Origin: Bacteroidales bacterium UBA1735
GTDB lineage: Bacteria; Bacteroidota; Bacteroidia; Bacteroidales; Paludibacteraceae
Length of the DNA stretch: 64,000 nucleotides
NCBI GenBank assembly: GCA_002315745.1
Contig: DCID01000024.1
Coordinates: 51-64,050 of the forward strand
Direction: 5' to 3'
Positions 16,982 to 27,568 of this stretch are shown here, piece after piece (the stretch's first letter is position 1; every line of letters starts with the position of its first letter). A model generated the notes under the pieces. The model did not search any database and was not told where the DNA came from. It saw only the letters and a program-made list of their open reading frames with translations. A program made the position numbers and the translations under genes.

Positions 16982-18010
16982 TTATTCTTCAAATGGAAGT
17001 TCTGATAATTTATCGAAATCGGACTTGAATAGCCGATCTTGCACTATACGATATTTCTCAAACTCCGACTCGGCAAAAGCCTTGGCATCTTCAGCAGATA
17101 CTTTTCCCGCATCGTCTAATATGGGTCGGTCGGTGACATTTAGGAACTTATCTATCCTATTAGCCCAATCACTCATAGTCATAGGGACATGCCGCTCCGC
17201 CATATCTTTAGCCACATCCAAATAGGCGTTCACCAATCGTCCCATAGCCTGCAGTTCGTCTCGATTTAAATAGTTTTTCGCAATGCTTACATCCGACTTC
17301 AAAATTTTACCCGTGGGTGCAGCCTCCCATGTGGTCAATCCCATGTGTTCACGTTCCGCATCAGCTCGCTCTATGATCAGTTCGGCAGCGGTATGTTGGT
17401 GCACTGCATAGTGCATCTTATTTTGTACCCGCTTAAAGAACTCTCGCGTGATAGGCGACTCAGCATCATAATCCATCGCAGTAGCATAGAGATCGGTTAA
17501 CTTCTGATAGAAATTTCTCTCTGAGAGACGTATCTCTCGTATCTCTTCCAATAGATGTTCAAAGTAATCCTCCGTGAGATATGATCCATTCTCCATACGT
17601 TTCTTATCCAACACATACCCACGAAGAGTAAACTGTTTTAGCACAAATGTCGCCCATCTTCTAAACTGAGTTGCTCGCAATGAATTGACGCGATATCCTA
17701 CCGAGATAATAGCATCCAAATTATAGAAATTTGTTTCGTATTGTTTCCCATCAGCAGCAGTATGTGCAAATTTTGCACACACTGAATTAGGTTGCAATTC
17801 ATTCGTATCAAAGATATTTTTTAGATGTTTCGTAACAACACTTCTATCCACCGCAAACAACTCCGCCATAGCCTTTTGAGTTGCCCAGATGGTTTTGTCT
17901 TTATAGAAAACCTCTACACCACCCGATTCTGTCTCTGATTGGAATATTAAGAATTCAGCTGTACTACTTCTTAAAACGACTCCATTTGATATTTGTTCGT
18001 CTTGTTTCAT
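16982..18010 (-). CDS. RhuM-family (virulence-protein RhuM-like) protein
   Basis: FLIFQSE..VEVFYKDKTIWATQKAMAELFAVDRSVVTKHLKNIF...NLDAIISVGYRVNSLRATQFRRWAT is the characteristic RhuM N-terminal region. Confidence 0.8.
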   Translation of the reverse strand: MKQDEQISNGVVLRSSTAEFLIFQSETESGGVEVFYKDKTIWATQKAMAELFAVDRSVVTKHLKNIFDTNELQPNSVCAKFAHTAADGKQYETNFYNLDAIISVGYRVNSLRATQFRRWATFVLKQFTLRGYVLDKKRMENGSYLTEDYFEHLLEEIREIRLSERNFYQKLTDLYATAMDYDAESPITREFFKRVQNKMHYAVHQHTAAELIIERADAEREHMGLTTWEAAPTGKILKSDVSIAKNYLNRDELQAMGRLVNAYLDVAKDMAERHVPMTMSDWANRIDKFLNVTDRPILDDAGKVSAEDAKAFAESEFEKYRIVQDRLFKSDFDKLSELPFEE

Positions 18011-18090
18011 AAATTATCTATCTTACCATTGCTTGTGCAATTTTACTCTGTAAAGTCTTCTATCAATAGTTCCATCATTTCACAAATTCC

Positions 18091-18213
18091 CTGCAAAGGT
18101 ACTACAAATTTTTGGAATACGCAAATTATTTATAATAATTTTGCGATTTTTGTAAAGAATTGGGGGGGGATTTGGACTAAAAATCGGACTGAAAGTGTTT
18201 TTTGGGTGGGATT
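18091..18213. repeat. Repeat family C, copy C2 (carries the RhuM promoter)
   Basis: Minus strand -7 TAccTTTG (18094-18101) and -33 TTTG (18122-25). Near-identical to C1/C3 over about 80 bp. Confidence 0.85.
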
Positions 18214-18267
18214 GAGAGACCACTCGCTATGCTCGTACATAAAAACGAGGAGAGGAGGATCTTCCCA

Positions 18268-19452
18268 TCAATACAGTAACCCAAACTGCCACAATGGTAG
18301 GATATTAAGACTACCGAACTCAATATCATCCTTCACCACAAATGCCTTCGGCACTCCATTAATCTGTTTTTGTGTTTTATTGCGTCCACCTACCTCAAAC
18401 GTGTATCCATCCACCATAAAATCAGCCATAAGCGAGGTGACGGGATCTGCTACCACACGCATCTGATTCATAAAGAAAGTCTCACGCACATTCCCTATCT
18501 CTACATTAGATTGCGCAGTCAAGGCATAAATCAGGTTGGTATTTTCCACATATACCTTATTCACCTTGCCAAGCGATCGTATGCCACCCGTTTGATCACG
18601 GAGTTGGGTAATCAACCCTGCTTGCTCCATATAAAGCAGATAATCCGCCACATTATTTCTCGACACACCTAACACTGCTGACAGCGTAACCATGTTCGGC
18701 TTAAAGGGCACACTCTCAGCCACTACCATCATCAAATGCTTCAGTTTACGTCCTGTAGAGACGTTCATGTTGGCATATTCAGGAATATCCGTTTCCAGTG
18801 TCTTGGACACTACCGAGCGCAATTTATCCATATAATTATCTTCGATGGCAAATGGATAATACCCACGTTCTAAATATCTGCGGAAATACATTAATGGACG
18901 AAAATCGCTGGGCATTTCCACCCGATGATCTAACACTTCGTTCAGCGTATATACCCTGCTTTCTATGCCCTCAAACAAGGCCAGATACTCCCTAAAGGAC
19001 AATCCGTACATGGTGTACACCACCGCACGGCGAGATAAATCTGAGGATACACCCTTACTAATATCTAAGATAGATGAGCCAGAGAATACTACATGTAAAT
19101 CGGGATGATAGTCATAAATGAGTTTCAATTCGCGCGCCCACCCATCATAGCGATGCACTTCATCCACGAATAGATACTGTCCACCCATCTTGCAGAACTC
19201 ATCGGCTAAGTCAACTAATCGATGTGTCGAGAAAAACAAGTCCTCGGCATTCACATACAAAGAGCGGTTGATATCCAATTTCTCACGGATATACTGCAAC
19301 ATCATAGTCGTTTTACCTACGCCTCGTGCTCCAACTATACCTAACAGACGAGCTTGCCAATTGACTTGCTCATACAAATAGCGATGAAAACTGCTTTGGT
19401 TCAGTTGCAACAGTTTTTTGTAGTTCGATACTAAAGTCTCCATAATACCCAT
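18268..19452 (-). CDS. AAA+ ATPase (COG1373 / DUF4143-type)
   Basis: Walker A GARGVGKTT, Walker B YLFVDEVHRY, about 390 aa. Alternative start at 19443. Confidence 0.75.
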   Translation of the reverse strand: MGIMETLVSNYKKLLQLNQSSFHRYLYEQVNWQARLLGIVGARGVGKTTMMLQYIREKLDINRSLYVNAEDLFFSTHRLVDLADEFCKMGGQYLFVDEVHRYDGWARELKLIYDYHPDLHVVFSGSSILDISKGVSSDLSRRAVVYTMYGLSFREYLALFEGIESRVYTLNEVLDHRVEMPSDFRPLMYFRRYLERGYYPFAIEDNYMDKLRSVVSKTLETDIPEYANMNVSTGRKLKHLMMVVAESVPFKPNMVTLSAVLGVSRNNVADYLLYMEQAGLITQLRDQTGGIRSLGKVNKVYVENTNLIYALTAQSNVEIGNVRETFFMNQMRVVADPVTSLMADFMVDGYTFEVGGRNKTQKQINGVPKAFVVKDDIEFGSLNILPLWQFGLLY

Positions 19453-19522
19453 TTATACTGCACCGTAGTGATGCATGTTTTATATAAATTACGCACTACT
19501 TGAGTGCATTTTCTTAAAAATC

Positions 19523-19612
19523 GCTGCAAAGGTACTACAAATTTTTGGAATATGCAAATTATTTATAATAATTTTGCGAAAATTGTAAAGAATTGAGGAA
19601 AATCGGACTGTG
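19523..19612. repeat. Repeat family C, copy C3 (carries the ATPase promoter)
   Basis: Minus strand -7 TAccTTTG (19527-34) and -33 TTTG (19555-58). Confidence 0.85.
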
Positions 19613-19625
19613 GATGTTGAATAAA

Positions 19626-20732
<1,107 letters not shown>

Positions 20733-20762
20733 AGGGATGGATATGAGGGTGTATCAATTGGG

Positions 20763-20792
20763 TTAAAAATGATCCTCGCCGGAGCGAGGATC
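20763..20792 (-). terminator. Rho-independent terminator after rubrerythrin
   Basis: Perfect 9-bp stem GATCCTCGC/GCGAGGATC, 4-nt loop, then ATTTTTAA on the minus strand. Confidence 0.65.
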
Positions 20793-20860
20793 GGTGGGCT
20801 AACGCCCTATGATAAAATGAGGGATTAACCGCCCCCTCCAAGCGAATCGGGGAAGACGGA

Positions 20861-21403
20861 TTAATAGTTCTCGGCGCAGAGCTCGAAGTAAGCCTGTGGG
20901 TGCGCGCAAACGGGGCACTCCTCGGGCGCCTGGGTGCCCACCATGATGTGACCGCAGTTACGGCACTTCCATACCTTCACTTCGCTCTTCTCGAAGACCT
21001 GTTTCATCTCGATATTATTGAGCAAAGCACGGTAGCGCTCCTCATGGTGCTTCTCGATAGCAGCCACGCCACGGAACTTCTCCGCCAACTCATGGAAGCC
21101 CTCCTTGTCCGCTACTTCGGCGAAGCCCGCGTACATATCGGTCCACTCATAGTTCTCACCATCCGCAGCAGCCTTTAAGTTCTCCGGGGTAGAGGCTACG
21201 CCGTTATGGAGCTCCTTGTACCAGAGTTTAGCATGCTCTTTCTCATTGTCCGCGGTCTCTAAGAAGATAGCCGCAATCTGCTCGAAACCATCCTTCTTTG
21301 CCTTCGAAGCAAAATAGGTGTATTTATTACGAGCTTGACTCTCGCCAGCAAAGGCGATCTCCAGGTTTTTCTCGGTCTGGGTGCCGGTGTACTTATTAGC
21401 CAT
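20861..21403 (-). CDS. rbr: Rubrerythrin
   Basis: Diiron motifs ESQARNKY and EKEHAKLW, plus C-terminal rubredoxin-like CRNCGH...CPVCAHP. Start at MANKY (21403) downstream of the promoter. Confidence 0.9.
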   Translation of the reverse strand: MANKYTGTQTEKNLEIAFAGESQARNKYTYFASKAKKDGFEQIAAIFLETADNEKEHAKLWYKELHNGVASTPENLKAAADGENYEWTDMYAGFAEVADKEGFHELAEKFRGVAAIEKHHEERYRALLNNIEMKQVFEKSEVKVWKCRNCGHIMVGTQAPEECPVCAHPQAYFELCAENY

Positions 21404-21430
21404 AATGATAGAATTAAATGATTGAGTGCG

Positions 21431-21462
21431 CAAAATTACACTTTTTAGATGATATGTGCAAA
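21431..21462 (-). promoter_or_regulatory. Bacteroidota-type promoter (rubrerythrin)
   Basis: Minus strand -7 TAatTTTG (21431-38) and -33 TTTG (21459-62), 20-nt spacer. Confidence 0.6.
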
Positions 21463-21507
21463 TAAAAAATGATATTTTTTGCAGAATAACGTTTTTTTTT
21501 AGGTTTT

Positions 21508-22473
21508 TTAGTCCAACATCTCGCCAAAGTTATTGGAGAGTTGGATCATCTGGTCATACTCCTCGGGTGAGAGGTCATAGAAATAGAAGTTACGCGGGTC
21601 GATAGGACGCTCCTGGAACCGCACTTCGTAGTGCAAGTGCGGACCCGTCGATTTACCGGTATTACCCACCAAGGCGATGACATCGCTACGTTTGACACGC
21701 TGTCCCTTACGAACCAGCGGCTTATATAAGTGCGCATAGAGGGTCTTATAACCAAAGCCATGATCCACCATGACGGTATTGCCATAGCCCTGTTTCCATC
21801 CCACAAAACATATGACTCCATTACCCGTCGCGAAGACATCCGTTCCGACCGGTGCGGTGAAGTCCATACCCGTATGCATACGGCGGACATGATAGACGGG
21901 GTCGATACGCACCCCATAACCGGAAGCGACGCGCTTGAGGTCCTTGTTCATCACCGGTTGGATGGCGGGGATGTTCTCCAGCCGTATCTCCTGGGTCTTC
22001 GCCATATCCATGAGTTCGTCGTAGGACTTAGCCTGGACATAGAGTCCTTTCTCCAATTGGTCGGTTTTGAGGGTCAGGTCCGCCATGAGTTGCGAATTGG
22101 TCATAGACGCCAACTGCTCGTAGTAGGTGATCTTACGCGTAGCGCCCTGGCGAACGGCTAAGGGTATAGGTTCGGCACCAAAGAGGGCACGATAGAGGTT
22201 ATCGTCGCGTTGCGAGAGGTCGGTGAGGACAATCTGCATCTGATCGACCTGTGAACTGAGCACCTCCAACTGAGCTTCCATATTACGCTTCTCCTGCATG
22301 AGCTGTTTCTCCTTAGGAGAAGGGAAGAAAAGGAAGAATAGGTAAAAGAAAATCGTACCCATACAGATACCGCCTAAGAGGTACCAGCCACTGCGGCGTA
22401 ACCAATAGGCAAAACCATGCTCCACTCGCTCCATAGCGAGGGTATCGGGATTGATATGGTATTTCTTCATCAT
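21508..22473 (-). CDS. M23 family metallopeptidase (membrane-anchored, coiled-coil)
   Basis: [14 protein letters not shown] and [15 protein letters not shown]. Confidence 0.85.
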   Translation of the reverse strand: MMKKYHINPDTLAMERVEHGFAYWLRRSGWYLLGGICMGTIFFYLFFLFFPSPKEKQLMQEKRNMEAQLEVLSSQVDQMQIVLTDLSQRDDNLYRALFGAEPIPLAVRQGATRKITYYEQLASMTNSQLMADLTLKTDQLEKGLYVQAKSYDELMDMAKTQEIRLENIPAIQPVMNKDLKRVASGYGVRIDPVYHVRRMHTGMDFTAPVGTDVFATGNGVICFVGWKQGYGNTVMVDHGFGYKTLYAHLYKPLVRKGQRVKRSDVIALVGNTGKSTGPHLHYEVRFQERPIDPRNFYFYDLSPEEYDQMIQLSNNFGEMLD

Positions 22474-22482
22474 AAGAGAGAA

Positions 22483-24171
22483 TTATTTGGGGGCCTTCCA
22501 CCAGAAGAAGAACTGGTTTTGGCGCTGTTTATCGGATTTAGTGCGTGCGACATAGACGGGCTGCATGGTATAAGGATGGAGCCCGGTATAGAACATCGTG
22601 GTAGAGAGTGTCATCGGTGTAGGGGTGAAGTCCTGCACCTGCTCCGGATGGTAATGCATCCGGCGAGTCTCGGCGGCGAGTTGCGCCATGTCGGCGTTGG
22701 TACACCCCGGATGGGAGGAGATGAAGTACGGGATGAGTTGCTGGCGCATACCGGTCTCGGCGTTGACACGCAGGAAGAAGTCCCGGAAACGGAGGTACGA
22801 CTGCCAGTCGGGCTTACGCATAAGATGCAAGACGGCCGAGGATGTATGTTCGGGTGCGACCTTAAGTCGTCCCGACACATGACGAGTAAGCAGTTCGCGT
22901 CCATACTCCTCGGACATGAGGTCGTATCGTATACCGGAGCCGACGAAGGCATGCTTGACCTCAGGCAGTGCATCGACGGTGCGGTAGATATCGAGTAAGG
23001 GGCGGAAATCGGCATTGAGGTTCTTACATATCTGCGGGTGCAGGCACGAGGGGCGCGCACACTGTTCGCAGAGGGTATGGTCCCTACCCTGCATGCGGTA
23101 CATGTTCGCACTCGGACCACCGAGGTCAGAGAGGACGCCATGCCAGTCAGGCAAGGTAGTGAGGGTATGTATCTGCCGCAAGATAGAGTCTTTGGACCGC
23201 GAGGTGATCTGCTTGCCCTGATGAGCAGAGATGGTGCAGAACGCACAACCGCCAAAGCACCCACGATGGAGGCAGACGGAGAAGCGGATCATCTCGTAGG
23301 CGGGGATATGCTTGTCCTTATACTTAGGATGCGGGAGGTACTGGAAAGGTAGGTCGTAGATAGCATCTAATTCGTCCGTGGTCATCGTAGGATAAGGCGG
23401 GTTGATGACGATATCGTCCTGGATGATGGTCGATGGATGGATCTTGTTGGACTCTATCTCGATGAGGCGAAAATCCTCGGCATGCTTGCGCTTATCGGCT
23501 AACTCCTCCTGGTAGGCATAGAGGGTAATGGGTAGAGGGGAGAGATTTTTAATATTGGGGGAGCGGTAACCCGTCTGTGGGATGGAGGTAGGCGTGTCGC
23601 GATGGGACTCGTACCAATGAGCGAGGTCCACGATAGCGCGTTCGCCCATGCCGTAGATGAGCACATCGGCCTGAGAGTCCACTAAGATAGAGGGCATGAG
23701 GGTGTCCGACCAGTAGTCGTAGTGGCTGAGTCGTCGCATGGAAGCCTCTATACCGCCGATGACGATAGGGACATCGGGATAGAGCTGCTTGAGGATACGG
23801 CAATAGGTGATGGTACAATAATCGGGGCGGGCACCGGCTTTCCCTTCGGGTGTAAAAGCATCGTCGGAACGGAGACGCCGTGCGGCGGTGTAGTGATTGA
23901 CCATAGAGTCCATGCAGCCGGCGGTGACGGCAAAGAAGAGCCGTGGACGACCGAGTTTGGTAAAGTCCCGATGATCACCCCGCCAATCGGGTTGAGGCAC
24001 GATAGCGACCTTGTAGCCTGCGTGCTCTAAGACCCGCCCAATAACTGCCGCACCAAACTGAGGATGATCGATATAGGCATCGCCCGAAAAGAGCACCACA
24101 TCCACGTCATCCCAACCCCGTATGTCCAGTTCCTTACGGGTGGTCGGCAAATATAACTTCAGGTCACTCAA
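22483..24171 (-). CDS. ygiQ: YgiQ family radical SAM protein
   Basis: N-terminal LPTTRKELDIRGWDDVDVVLFSGDAYIDHPQFG and radical SAM cluster motif CFGGCAFC. Confidence 0.85.
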   Translation of the reverse strand: MSDLKLYLPTTRKELDIRGWDDVDVVLFSGDAYIDHPQFGAAVIGRVLEHAGYKVAIVPQPDWRGDHRDFTKLGRPRLFFAVTAGCMDSMVNHYTAARRLRSDDAFTPEGKAGARPDYCTITYCRILKQLYPDVPIVIGGIEASMRRLSHYDYWSDTLMPSILVDSQADVLIYGMGERAIVDLAHWYESHRDTPTSIPQTGYRSPNIKNLSPLPITLYAYQEELADKRKHAEDFRLIEIESNKIHPSTIIQDDIVINPPYPTMTTDELDAIYDLPFQYLPHPKYKDKHIPAYEMIRFSVCLHRGCFGGCAFCTISAHQGKQITSRSKDSILRQIHTLTTLPDWHGVLSDLGGPSANMYRMQGRDHTLCEQCARPSCLHPQICKNLNADFRPLLDIYRTVDALPEVKHAFVGSGIRYDLMSEEYGRELLTRHVSGRLKVAPEHTSSAVLHLMRKPDWQSYLRFRDFFLRVNAETGMRQQLIPYFISSHPGCTNADMAQLAAETRRMHYHPEQVQDFTPTPMTLSTTMFYTGLHPYTMQPVYVARTKSDKQRQNQFFFWWKAPK

Positions 24172-25855
24172 GTTGAAGGTCTAATAAGGATTTGAGGTTC
24201 GCTAACTCCGGATTGAGTTCCGAAAGCACTTTATATTTCTCCTCAGCAGTATAAGCCCGCTGGGATTGATCGTATTCAGCCACCTCTAAGGATAGCTGCA
24301 GATGGCTATTATGCAAGGTCGAACGGATACGATCCATGACCTGCTTGCCAAATTTCTTAAACTCCTGCTGCTGCCACGGGTTAGCGAGGGTGAGCACGCA
24401 CAGGTGCTCGTTCACTAACTTCGGCGTATACTCCGCCAGGACAGCCAAAAGACGCGGTTCATCTCTAAAGATGCCGTTCAGACCAGCCCACGCGTCATCG
24501 AGTTGGTCCTGCGTAAAAGGGTTGTTTTCCTCCTGTACGGGTTGGGTGGGTTCAGGTGCCTGCGCCTTAGGAGCCGACTTGGTATTGAGCGACGGTAAGG
24601 TCGGGATGGTCGGCATCGAGGGCATCGAGGGCATCGAAGCCCTAGGGGTGCTAGGGGTGCTAGGGGTGCTAGGAGCACTAGGTGCACTAGGAGCACTAGG
24701 TGCACTAGGGGCACTAGGGGTAGGAGCACTAGGTGCACTAGGTGCACTAGGGGTGATGGAGGGTGCTAAGAGCTGGGTGAGTTTGACGAGGGTGAGTTCG
24801 ACGGTCAGCCGTTTATTCTTAGCGGTGCGGTATTGGATATCGCAGGTATTGAGTAGGTCGAGTGCCTGGAAGAGCCAGGGAGCGGTACAGCGGGTAGCCT
24901 GCTCGCGATAATGCTCGCGAATAGCGTCCGAGGTCTCTAAGAGTTGTATGGTCGCAGCATCTTTGGACACCAATACATCACGCAAGTGCTGCGCCAGACC
25001 TGTGACGAAATGGCCGGCATCGAAGCCGCGTTGTAGGACGTCGTTGAGGAGGAGAAGCGCCGAGAGGGCGTTCTGTTGAAGAGCTGCATCGACCACCTTA
25101 AAATAGTACTCGGTATCGAGGACATTGAGGACCTCGATGGTGCGCTCGTAGGTGATCTCGTTGCCACAGAAAGCCACTAACTGGTCAAATATACTGAGGG
25201 CATCCCGCATACCGCCATCGGCTTTCTGCGCAATGACATGGAGGGCATCTTCGCCCGCAGTGATCCCTTCCTGCTTCGCCACGTATTGTAGATGACGGAT
25301 GGTATCCGCCACGGTGATACGGGAGAAATCGTAGACTTGGCAACGACTGAGGATAGTAGGCAGCACCTTATGCTTCTCGGTCGTGGCTAAGATGAAGATA
25401 GCGTATGAAGGGGGTTCCTCCAACGTCTTCAAGAGCGCATTAAACGCCCCCTGCGAGAGCATGTGCACCTCGTCTATGATATAGACGGAGTACTGCCCAA
25501 TCTGGGGCGGGATACGCACTTCCTGAATCAGGGAGCGGATATCCTCTACGGAGTTATTGGAGGCAGCATCCAGTTCGTGGATATTGAACGACCGCTGCTC
25601 ATTAAACGCCATACAGGATTCGCATTGGTTGCAGGCATCGTGCTCCGCCGTGGGGTGAAGACAGTTGATGGTTTTCGCAAAAATACGGGCACAAGTAGTC
25701 TTACCTACTCCACGGGGTCCGCAGAAGAGATAGGCGTGTGCCAGATGGTTCTGCCGAATCGCATTGAGCAAGGTCTGCGTCAAATTAGACTGCCCCACCA
25801 CCGATTCGAAGGTAGTAGGGCGATACTTTCGTGCCGAGACGATATAGTGGTCCAT
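24164..25855 (-). CDS. dnaX: DNA polymerase III subunit gamma/tau
   Basis: YRPTTFESVVGQ, Walker A GPRGVGKTT, zinc module CNQCESC, DEVHML. Confidence 0.9.
   Translation of the reverse strand: MDHYIVSARKYRPTTFESVVGQSNLTQTLLNAIRQNHLAHAYLFCGPRGVGKTTCARIFAKTINCLHPTAEHDACNQCESCMAFNEQRSFNIHELDAASNNSVEDIRSLIQEVRIPPQIGQYSVYIIDEVHMLSQGAFNALLKTLEEPPSYAIFILATTEKHKVLPTILSRCQVYDFSRITVADTIRHLQYVAKQEGITAGEDALHVIAQKADGGMRDALSIFDQLVAFCGNEITYERTIEVLNVLDTEYYFKVVDAALQQNALSALLLLNDVLQRGFDAGHFVTGLAQHLRDVLVSKDAATIQLLETSDAIREHYREQATRCTAPWLFQALDLLNTCDIQYRTAKNKRLTVELTLVKLTQLLAPSITPSAPSAPSAPTPSAPSAPSAPSAPSAPSTPSTPSTPRASMPSMPSMPTIPTLPSLNTKSAPKAQAPEPTQPVQEENNPFTQDQLDDAWAGLNGIFRDEPRLLAVLAEYTPKLVNEHLCVLTLANPWQQQEFKKFGKQVMDRIRSTLHNSHLQLSLEVAEYDQSQRAYTAEEKYKVLSELNPELANLKSLLDLQLE
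24611..24753. repeat. 9-bp-period tandem repeats in the dnaX linker (encode PSAPSAPSAP...STPSTPSTP...SMPSMPSMP)
   Basis: GGCATCGAG x3, GGGGTGCTA x3 and GGWGCACTA arrays read directly. Confidence 0.85.
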
Positions 25856-25866
25856 AATGTTGATTT

Positions 25867-27246
25867 TTAGCGCATTAAGGTTGATTTAAGTTGGGCTATT
25901 CTATGTCTAAGGACTGGATCATGCTCCATCCAGTCGTGGGTTTGTTTTAAGGAGTGCAGCACCGTCGCGTGGGTACGTCCACCGACCGCGTTACCAATCT
26001 CGGTGAGGGAGTGCTCGGTCAACTCTTTGGCCAAGTAGAAGACCACATGGCGTGCCTCCATCACCTCCTTGCTCCTGCCCTCGGAGAGGATCGATTTCTG
26101 CGGTATATTGAAGAGCTCTGACACGGCGCCAACGATATCCGCCATATCGACGGACATGGGCTTAATATCCACCACACGGCTGACGACTTGCTCCGCCAAG
26201 TCCATGGTGACCTCCTGATTAATCAAGGTCGCGTGCAGCAATAGAGAAGCCATGACGCCCTCCAGGTCGCGTATAGAGTCGCGGACATTGTTCGCAATGA
26301 AATCCACGATCTCGGGTGCCAGAGAGACACCATCGCGGTGCATCTTAGAGAGTAAGATATCCTTACGCAGTTGGAAATTAGGACGGGCAATCTCAGCGGT
26401 CAAGCCCCACTTAAAGCGGGTCAGTAAGCGATCCTCTATATCTCGGAGCTCCAAGGGGCTACGATCCGAGGTGAGGATAAGTTGCTTATGCGACTGCTGT
26501 AAGTAATTGAAGATATGGAAGAAGGTATCCTGCGTACCATTGAGCTTCGCAAAGTACTGGATATCGTCCACAATGAGCACATCAATCTGCTGATAGAAAT
26601 GGAGGAAATCGGGGATCTTATTCTCCTTCGAAGCCGCCATATACTGCAACTTAAAGGTATTGGCCGAGACATAGAGTACCCGCTTCGAGGGATCTAATGC
26701 CTTGACCTGATTACCAATCGCGCAAGCTAGGTGGGTCTTACCTACTCCACTACCACCATATATAAATAAGGGGTTGAACGCGGTGAAGCCCGGCAACTCT
26801 GACACCTTTAATCCCGCTACGCGCGCGAGTTTATTAGGCTCACCCGCCACGAAGGTATCAAAGGTATAGGAAGCATTGAGCTGGGTATCAAAGGTATTCT
26901 GCACAGGGGCAGATAGGACAGGCTGTGATTTCGCAACAGGGGCATTATTGCCCGGCGAAGCAAAGGTCGAAGACGCGCCCGAGGTAGCATCAATGATCAC
27001 CTGATAGGACAAAGTCGTCCCCTGACCAAAAACACGGAAGATAGCCTTCGAGAGGATATCGATATAGTTCTCCTCTATATATTGTACAGTGAACTGCGAA
27101 CGGACCTGTAACACCAAGGCATTGTCCTCAAACGAAAGAGGGACAATAGGCGCAAACCAAGTCTGGTATGCACTAGCAGAGAGGTTATCCCGGAGGATGG
27201 TTTGACACTGCTGCCACAAGGTGAATATGTTCGTATTATTTTTCAC
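25867..27246 (-). CDS. dnaA: Chromosomal replication initiator DnaA
   Basis: Walker A GGSGVGKTHL, LIVDDIQYF, C-terminal DNA-binding region ...ARHVVFYLAKELT..SLTEIGNAVGGRTHATVLHS. Apparent GTG start. Confidence 0.92.
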   Translation of the reverse strand: MKNNTNIFTLWQQCQTILRDNLSASAYQTWFAPIVPLSFEDNALVLQVRSQFTVQYIEENYIDILSKAIFRVFGQGTTLSYQVIIDATSGASSTFASPGNNAPVAKSQPVLSAPVQNTFDTQLNASYTFDTFVAGEPNKLARVAGLKVSELPGFTAFNPLFIYGGSGVGKTHLACAIGNQVKALDPSKRVLYVSANTFKLQYMAASKENKIPDFLHFYQQIDVLIVDDIQYFAKLNGTQDTFFHIFNYLQQSHKQLILTSDRSPLELRDIEDRLLTRFKWGLTAEIARPNFQLRKDILLSKMHRDGVSLAPEIVDFIANNVRDSIRDLEGVMASLLLHATLINQEVTMDLAEQVVSRVVDIKPMSVDMADIVGAVSELFNIPQKSILSEGRSKEVMEARHVVFYLAKELTEHSLTEIGNAVGGRTHATVLHSLKQTHDWMEHDPVLRHRIAQLKSTLMR

Positions 27247-27289
27247 TAATGCGCAAAAAAAGACGGCATCGTATCGCCGAAATCGAGTG

Positions 27290-27320
27290 CAAAGGTAGTA
27301 CTTTTTTTTGAATTGGCAAA
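27290..27320 (-). promoter_or_regulatory. Bacteroidota-type promoter (dnaA)
   Basis: Minus strand -7 TAccTTTG (27290-97) and -33 TTTG (27317-20), 19-nt spacer. Confidence 0.55.
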
Positions 27321-27568
27321 ATTTTTATCACTTTGACATTTTTGGCCTATCCGCGTATTTGTGCGTAATTCAACGGGTTACGAATTATCAACACATTTTC
27401 AAGCATTTACAAGACTTATCAACACCTAACTGCCTGATTATTATAGTTAGTGGCTGAACCTAAATCCAGCCACTAATCATTAAAAGACGAGAAATAAGCG
27501 ATTTGGTGTGGGTAAAACTTTTTTGCTATTTACACAAAATTTAAATAAGAAATACCCCTATTTGGCGT

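Noticed and set aside
17993-18466. 157-aa plus-strand ORF
   Set aside because: Spans the RhuM start, the family C repeat and the ATPase 3' end. Its translation contains repeat-derived text (GTTNFWNTQIIYNNFA) that also appears in frame at the other repeat copies.
22417-24030. Multiple 60-217-aa ORFs on both strands within ygiQ (for example 22417-22998 +, 22611-23264 -, 23722-24030 +)
   Set aside because: Alternative-frame and antisense ORFs inside a well-supported radical SAM gene. They are Arg/Pro/Ser-rich, typical of out-of-frame GC-rich sequence. The same reasoning applies to 36412-37092, 24336-24911, 28636-29220 and similar ORFs.
24164-25855. Programmed -1 frameshift site in dnaX
   Set aside because: I found no A-AAA-AAG-type slippery heptamer with a downstream hairpin by inspection.
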